Shown piece after piece: positions 57,061-64,000 of a stretch of DNA of 64,000 bases. The stretch's first letter is position 1, and the number at the start of each line of letters is the position of its first letter. Source of the DNA: Lama guanicoe. Lineage: Eukaryota. The stretch is taken from the NCBI GenBank assembly GCA_013239625.1, contig MU053482.1, forward strand, positions 2,395,168 to 2,459,167. Direction: 5' to 3'. A program made the position numbers and the translations under genes. Under the pieces are notes generated by a model, which saw only the letters and a list, made by a program, of their open reading frames with translations, made no database searches and was not told the DNA's origin.

Positions 57061-57849
57061 CTCCAACTTGACCCAGTCCCTCTTGTGAGGACAAACACTT
57101 CTAGCCTGACATTTTCCGACATGGGGCACCCAGAAAGTGACCTGTGTAGCTCAGGTTATATAGTCCCCAAACCCACCTATGAGGCTTACCCACCTCTCCA
57201 CTTGGGAGGGGGAATGTAGATGGAGTGAAAGTGATGTCACATACTTGGACCCTCAGGAGAACTCAGTGGAAAGGGTGACACCAGCTTCTCTGCTCACCTC
57301 AGCACACTCTGCACCCTTCTCCATTCTGCCCAACTCAGGCCTTCTCTGCTCCCCTGCCCCACAGTGCTCTGAGCAAGGTGGCCGGCTTGTCCTACCCAGG
57401 GGCACGCTGAGACTGTCCCTCTCTGGCACATTGCTGGGCCCAGGATCACAACAGGAAGTGTTCATTTCACTGAAAACCGGTTAAATGTCTCTTCAGAGCA
57501 GCTAAAAGGTGCAGGGAAAGGGCACCAGAGGTCAAGGGTGAGCCACCAGGGACAAGAGACAGCCCACATCTGCCTAGGGCACAGGTGGCATCTGCGAACA
57601 CCTGAACTCATGAACAGCAGGTCTGGCCAGCTGCAGATACAGGCATTGCTTGTCATCTAGCCCTCCAAGCAAGACATCCTTACAAGGGAATGCACCTGCA
57701 CAGGGTCTTCCCACACCACTGCAGGGACAGGTGACTGGAGCCCACCACACATAGCATCAGCACCACTCCAGGAGCAAGGTAGCAGCAATTCCCAGATGCA
57801 ACAAAACACCATACTCAGGGATTTTAATGTTTAATTAGATTTTCTCTTG

Positions 57850-57960
57850 TATGTATGTATGTATCTCCTGAGAATATATACATACATCCGTGTGTGTGTG
57901 TGTGTGTGTGTGTATACACACACATGAATTATCAGAGGAATTTATATATATGTACACGTA
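57850..57960 (+). repeat. (GT)12 at about 57890-57914 within an alternating purine-pyrimidine low-complexity tract
   Basis: TGTATGTATGTA, (TG)n and TATATATATG runs about 1.2 kb upstream of the ATG. Confidence 0.85.
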
Positions 57961-59909
57961 TTCATTCCTTTGATAATCAGAAAAAAGGTAAACATTACAA
58001 AAAAAATCCCCACCTGGCTCAGGCACAAAAACATGTCTTCCTGGGGTCCTCGCCCTCCCTGAGCTCCCTGACCATCGCCCTTCCTTGGCTACCCCTGCCC
58101 TTCCCATCCCCATGGCGCCCAGACTGAGACCGCCTCTTTGGGTCTTCATTGCTAGTGCTGCCGTCTGATGGAGAATTCTGAGAAAATAACTTTTCTGTGG
58201 TTGTTTTTCTTTTGACCTTTTCATCCCCAGCGAAGGCAAGCAGGTTGCATCCCTTTTTCTGTCTTTGGCTCCTTTCTCCCACCCCCTTTTGTTTGGTGCT
58301 GAGAGAGACAACTCAGCTATTTCTAGTTATAAGGGTGGTTTTTACACATTTGTAAATCTTCACTTAGTGAAACGTTCTCTCCGCCTTTGTCTTTGTGTCC
58401 TTAATGGTAGCCATAAATTACCGCCTTCTTTTCTCTCTGCTGCATCAGGCTTCATTGCTCTTGAAATGATCAAAGTTATTTTCTTTTAAAAATCCAACTA
58501 GAAACTGCCCATTGTGTGGCAGAGACCTCTTCAGCTCCAGTCAAAGCATATAAATAAATACATAAAGCTGCCCATTAAACTCTTATGGGAGCCTCCTTCA
58601 GCCCCTTGTGCCTGGTAAGAAATAAGACATGCTGTTCTTTCCCTTCACTGTTTCCCCAAGTTTATATTTCAGTAAGAATGCAAATTAATTATAAGACCCA
58701 CTGTGTTTTTTTTTAACCAAGAGGGTCAGTTTTTGTTGTATTTCCTGGAAAAGTTTACCATTGGCACAGATCTCAAAAAATGTTCTGAATCCTGTTTTGT
58801 TTGCCCTGACTTCCATACAAATGTGCTTTCAGCTGGTCAGCTCCCAGATTCCTGGGCAACCTTTCTGACACTTCAGATTAAAGTCAGTATGGTTTACAAC
58901 TGGGAACTTCCATAGGGGAAAGTCTCTGGGAGAAATTTGTGCTCAAATGTCGACGTTTTCAGCGTTCCAATGTCAGGAGGGACTTGGTGGGCCCTGAGCT
59001 AGCTGCTGTTTGCTTTCTGTTGTCCCACTGAGGTCCCCACACTGTCTCTGGACTAAGGCTGCATCTTCCTCTCCCCTCCCTCAGGCTGAGAGGCCGTGAA
59101 CCAGACCAGAGAGGAAAGACAGCCCAGCCAGCCCCGTTTCACTGGTGTGGGCTTCTGGCACGAAGAAGACTGTGGAAGCAGAAGCTGTGGTACCCCTGAG
59201 CTACATATGGCAAAGGTAAACTCTGCATTCACCGGACAACTTTCAATGCCCATCTTTTTTGACTCTTCAGCAGCCTCTGGAAACGCCTTTTAAAAACTCT
59301 CCCTCCCCTGGGTTTCCTCAACAGCAGGCAAGCTCCTGGTTTTCCTCCTGCCTTTCAGGAAATGCCTTCTCGATCATCTTCGTGGGATCCTCTCTCCACA
59401 TCTTCCCCTTGATGGTTTGCTCATTCCCCTGTTTCCATAATAGAAATCTCCAGCTTTAATCTCTCCCCTTAGCTTCAGTTTCATGTATCCAATTGCCTAC
59501 TAGATACCTCTGCCTTGATCTCCCACAGGTCCTTCAGATTGAACATGTTCAAAACAGAGTTCATCTTCTTTCCCAAACCTGCTTCTTCTCAAGTGCCAGG
59601 CTCCACCACTCTGCCAGCACCAAGTCAGACCTGGCAGTCATCCTGGATTCCATCCTCTCTCTTCCCACCACATCCAAACACTCATGTCAACTTGACCATC
59701 TTACCATCCCTCAAGACCATCCTCTTTTGCCATGTAAGCTTCCAGAGCTCAGGCCTCATCATCCCTCATCTGGTCTGTTGCTCCTAGCCTGTGGTTCCTT
59801 ATTGATCTTCCTGTCCAGAATCTCACCATCTTCCTCGGTGGCTGCCAGAGTAAAATGTAAATTTCATCACATTGTTCCCAGTCTTCCTCAGGCTAAAGTC
59901 CAAACTCCC

Positions 59910-60510
59910 TTGACACAACCCATCTGGAGAACTGTTGGGCAGTATCTACTAAAGCAAAACATCACTACCCACTGCTAGCTATACACCCAAGGGAAATGAA
60001 TGTGTATGTTCACCAAAAGACATAGACAAGAATGTTCATACTGGCTGTATTCACACTAGCACAAAACTGGAAATAACCCAAATAGCCATCAACCAGAGGA
60101 GGCATAAACAAATTGTGGGATATTCACTCAGTGGAATATTATGGAGCAAAAAAATGAACAAACGCTAATACATTTAACAACACTGAGGCATCTCATGATT
60201 ATCATATTGAGTTAAAGAAGCCAGATACAAAAGGTACTTGTTGTATAATTCTACTTCTATGAAGGTTAAGAACAGACAGAACTAAGTAATAGTGATAGAG
60301 GCCAGAATAGTAGTTCCCTCTGGGGATGGGTATTGACTGGGAAGAAACATGAAGGAACCTCCTGGAATGCTGGAAATGTTTTAGATCTTGATTTGGGTGA
60401 TTATATGGATGTATACATAACGTAAAAATTCACTAAGATGTTGGCTTAAGCTTAAAGCACTTTATGCACTTTACTGTATATGTTTTACCACAAAAAATAA
60501 GTTAAAACAA
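59910..60510 (+). mobile_element. Old L1M 3' fragment inserted in L2-like sequence (about 59200-60720)
   Basis: AAGAATGTTCATA..GCACAAAACTGGAAATAACCCAAAT..AAGAAGCCAGATACAAAA. Confidence 0.75.
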
Positions 60511-60944
60511 GAACTGCCTAGCCAAAGACCTTTATGATCTGCTCCCCTTCTACCTTTCCAGCTTCTCTCCCAGTACTCCCTTACCCACAGGCTCTGCTCC
60601 AGCAACATCAAACTGCTCATACCAGGAGTTTGTCATTTTCCTCCTCACACATGTTTTCTGTTGCTCATGCTCTTCCTTTTGCCTAAAAGACATGAAGTGG
60701 GTCTTAATAAATATTATAAATGAAGAGCAACATCTTGATTAATAAATATTACTATACCCCAAGGAAAAAGGTGTTTGCTGAGATATCCCTCAAACAGCAA
60801 TGAGGAATGGATGAAAGTACTAGTGTCTGCAGGTTAGTAGGTCCTGAGAACTAATGCAGAAAACGAAACCCATTTGCTCTTGCACACACATTAATTTCTC
60901 CTCCATGGCTGGGCTTTCACATCTCCTGGAAAACTTTTTCAGTA

Positions 60945-61400
60945 TGTCTGAGTTACATATGAAGTAGTTAATTTTTCTTGTTGCTTACCCATCTCCATCT
61001 GCTCCTTCCTCCTTCCTAACAGACATTTATCCCTTCCCCAGACAGCTCATATTCCTAGGAGGGAAGCTGCCCCACCCCCAACTTCAGGCTCTGGAATTGG
61101 CTTAAGACAATCAACCTGTTTCATTCCACTCCCACCTCAGCAGTCACTGGTTCAGGGATAAACATGTGACAGTGTTCCAGTCAGAATGAATCTCAGTCTC
61201 TTTGCCTGAAAGGCTGGAAGGGAAGCACTTTCTTTTCTTCCTGTGGTATGGTTGTAAATGAGAAACTTTGGCAGCCATCCTGATGCCAACCCAAAGAGGG
61301 TAAACCAAGAGAAGCACTGAAGCCGACCTGGAGGCCCTCCCCTCCTCAGGACCTCCAATTACATGTGCCAGTACATTACCTTATTGCTTGAAGTGGTTTT
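60945..61400 (+). mobile_element. Probable MLT1-type (MaLR) LTR remnant
   Basis: CAGTCACTGGTTCAGGGATAAACATGTGAC..CCAGTCAGAATG and GGCAGCCATC motifs resemble MLT1 as recalled; a possible tail resumes after the L1 at about 62170-62210. Confidence 0.5.
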
Positions 61401-62170
61401 TTAAATTTATTTTTATTTTTAATTTTTAAAATTGTGGTAAAATATATGTAACATAAAGTTTACCATTTAAACTATTTTAAGGTATACCATTTAATGGCAT
61501 TGAGTACATTTACGTTGTTGTGCGACCATCACTGCCATCCATACCCAGGTCTTTTTTCATCTTGCAAAACTGGCACTCTGTACCTACTAAACTCCCCACC
61601 CACCACCCCCAGCTGCTGGCAACCACCATTCTACTTTCCGTTTCTATGAATTTGACCACTCTTAAGTACATCATATGAATAGAATCATACAGTATATTTG
61701 TGACCATCTCATTTCATGTAGCATAAATTCTTCAAGGTTCATCCATACTGTAGCATGTGTCAGAACTTACTTCCTTCTTTGGGGCTAAATAGTATTCCAT
61801 TGTGCATGTATACCACACTCTGCTTATCCATTCATCTGTCATTGGAAACTTGGGTTGCTTCTGCTTTGGGACTATTTTGAATAATACAGCTGTGAACATG
61901 GGTATACAAGTATCTATTTGTGTCTCTGCTTTCAGTTCTTTTGATTGTATATCCAGAAGTGGAATTGCTGGATCATATGATATTTCTATTTTTAATTTTT
62001 TGAGGAACTGCAATACTAATTACCATAGCAGCTATACCATTTTACATTCCCACCAGCAATGCACAAGGATTCCAATTTCTGCACATCTCACCTAAACTTA
62101 CTGTCTGTTTGTGTTTTGTTTTAAATAATAGCTATCTTAATGGATGCAAAGTAGTGGCTCATTGTGGGTT
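61400..62170 (-). mobile_element. L1MB-type 3' fragment
   Basis: ORF 61732-62013 ([33 protein letters not shown]) is the L1 ORF2 C-terminus; T-rich tail at about 61400-61430. Confidence 0.85.
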
Positions 62171-62454
62171 TTGGAATTGGATTTTCTATTATTTATAGCC
62201 CCCAAATATTCCTATTCAGTTCCAGATAAGCCTCCATTAGGAAACTTTGGCTAGGTAGCAAGTAATCCTCTGAATGAGGTGGGAGAAAGATAGTTGGGTA
62301 GGGTCGAATCCTCTTGGATTCTGAGTAACAAATAATTGTTTTATTCACAAAGTTGTTGCCAGGACTCTTTTATTTCTTCAATGGTTCTGAAAACTGCACC
62401 AACATTCTTTTGCTTACAGAGGATTAAAATTCCTCCAATAAATTTTTACTTAAA

Positions 62455-62680
62455 AATGATAATAGTTAACATTTGCATTAACTAAATACTAAATGTCAGA
62501 CACTAAGTACTTCTCTTGTAACCCTCATAGAAACTTTGTGAAGTAGATATCATCATGATCCTTATTTTACAGATATAGAAAATGAAATGAAGAGAGGTTA
62601 AGTAACTTGCTAGGAGGTGGCAGACCAGGACCCAATGTCAAGATGTCTGACATCAGATCCTCCTTAACCACTGCTCCACC
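62455..62680 (-). mobile_element. MIR SINE
   Basis: TTTTACAGATATAGAAAATGA..GAGAGGTTAAGTAACTTGC. Confidence 0.65.
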
Positions 62681-62900
62681 AAGCCCGTAAGTGTACCAGG
62701 CATTATGTTAGAGAGCTACAAAGATGAATTGGAAGCAAACTCTGCCCTCAAAGAGCTTACAGTCTAGCAGAAAAGAGACATAATGAGTAATCCTCAACAC
62801 CTCTCTCAAAATATAAATACGATAATTCTTGTTTAAAAACTTTTGGCACTCCCCTGATTGTATTACCTGTATTACCTGTACCATAGACCAACCTCATGGG

Positions 62901-64000
62901 CAAGACCAGTTCGTAATTTTCAAAGCCCAGTGCAAAATTAAACTGCAAGGCTCTGGGGGAAGGGTATAGCTCAGTGGTAGAGTGCATGCTCAGCATGCAC
63001 AAGGTTCTGGGTTAAATCTCCAGTACCTCCATTAAACAAACAAACCAACCAACCTAGTTACATCCTTCCCTCCCCCCCGCCCCCCACACACACAAAAGCA
63101 AGGCTCTTTATTCAAAAAAGGGGGAGAAGTTTCATTAAAGCTATTAAAAATAATTTTTCCTTTAAAAATATTTTATAGGGGTAATAGTGATACATGACTA
63201 ACAATATAAACTTAACAAATTGCAAAAATAACATTTTAGTGTCATAATTTTATAGAATGCAATAAATAATAATACCTTATTAATGTGATATCTTGATTGA
63301 CCATAAGATTTTCTTCTGGCTTATTTTTTTGAAAATTCATTTATTAGGTTGTTAAATTTATACTTTTGGAATCTTTATTTTCAATCAATATAATCAAAGG
63401 GACATCAGTCATTCTTGGCAAATGAAGGATCAAATAATTTTTGGTCATTTTTAATTCTGAGAAGAATCTTTCTACTGATGCAACTATTACTGAATATGTT
63501 AAGAATATTTTATAAACTATAACACACTGGAATAAATTTTTGATAAATTATTTTGAAATACATATTTTAGTACATGTGGAGCTGATGAGTCTCGCAGATT
63601 TTTTTTCTAAAAAGCTTTAACTCTTCAAACAAATCACTCTGGGGTAAATCTGAATTTAATTTTAAATGCAAATGTATACAATGGCATTTCAATGTTTTCT
63701 TTGACATTTTCTATTTAAGATCATATAAGAAACCGAAAGTGGCTTCATGATTTGTGTGTAATTCAAAACACCTGTTTATGTATTCATTACTGTATCTTCA
63801 GTTACAAGGAAAAATTAATTTTAAATTGTCTTCTTTGTTAATAATTGGTTAATATGAAACTTCATATGAAAATAGTGTTCTTTTTCATGTAACGGAATTT
63901 TTATCTTTGGTTTCTATTTCTCAGCCTGTGGATATTTGCCTTGTAATGTTGTGGTAGTTTTAAAAATCAGAGATTCTAAACTCTTCGAAGAATTCTAGTA
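62901..64000 (-). mobile_element. hAT-Tip100-like DNA transposon remnant (MER45/Zaphod-like), continues past the window
   Basis: End resembles the MER45 terminus as recalled (GCCCAGTGCAAAAT..AA..TG); 63431-63514 translates YKIFLTYSVIVASVERFFSELKMTKNYL, a hAT dimerisation-domain motif. Confidence 0.75.
62955..63097 (+). mobile_element. tRNA-derived SINE, Vic-1-type, with 10-bp TSD
   Basis: GGGTATAGCTCAGTGGTAGAGTGCATGCTCAGCATGCAC head; TSD GCAAGGCTCT at 62945-62954 and 63098-63107. Confidence 0.9.

Noticed and set aside
56386..57219. 277-aa plus-strand ORF and many overlapping Pro/Ala/Arg/Gly-rich ORFs
   Set aside because: Expected from stop-codon scarcity in the CpG island; low complexity and no recognisable domain.
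57100..62900. Possible neighbouring-gene exons or divergent transcript upstream of SCUBE2
   Set aside because: Only repeats and short ORFs are visible; no exon-like coding signal was found.
62955..63030. tRNA-like sequences here, at 12260 and at about 1910-1980
   Set aside because: They have tails and (for two) TSDs and lack an intact cloverleaf, so they are SINE heads rather than tRNA genes.

Overview
Mammalian genomic DNA, most likely a camelid (three Vic-1-type tRNA-derived SINEs; I saw no Alu, B1/B2, Bov-A or PRE1). About 57 kb is occupied by one minus-strand gene, SCUBE2 (signal peptide, 9 EGF-like repeats, spacer, Cys-rich repeats, CUB). I located 21 complete coding exons (ATG at 56684 in a CpG island) plus the first 32 nt of exon 22 at the left edge. 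All have GT-AG boundaries, and the spliced frame is open for 958 codons; the last exon and a half lie outside the window. The rest is intronic or upstream DNA with old L2, MIR, L1, HAL1-like, MLT1 and hAT remnants and microsatellites. I found no evidence of a new biological system. The best secondary observations are an 87-nt cassette exon missed by the ORF track, a hairpin at the probable MIR5691-orthologous position, a readable hAT transposase fossil, TSD-defined nested insertions, and possible splice-regulatory structures. Comparisons with human sequences and repeat consensi are from memory and need checking; old-repeat boundaries are approximate.
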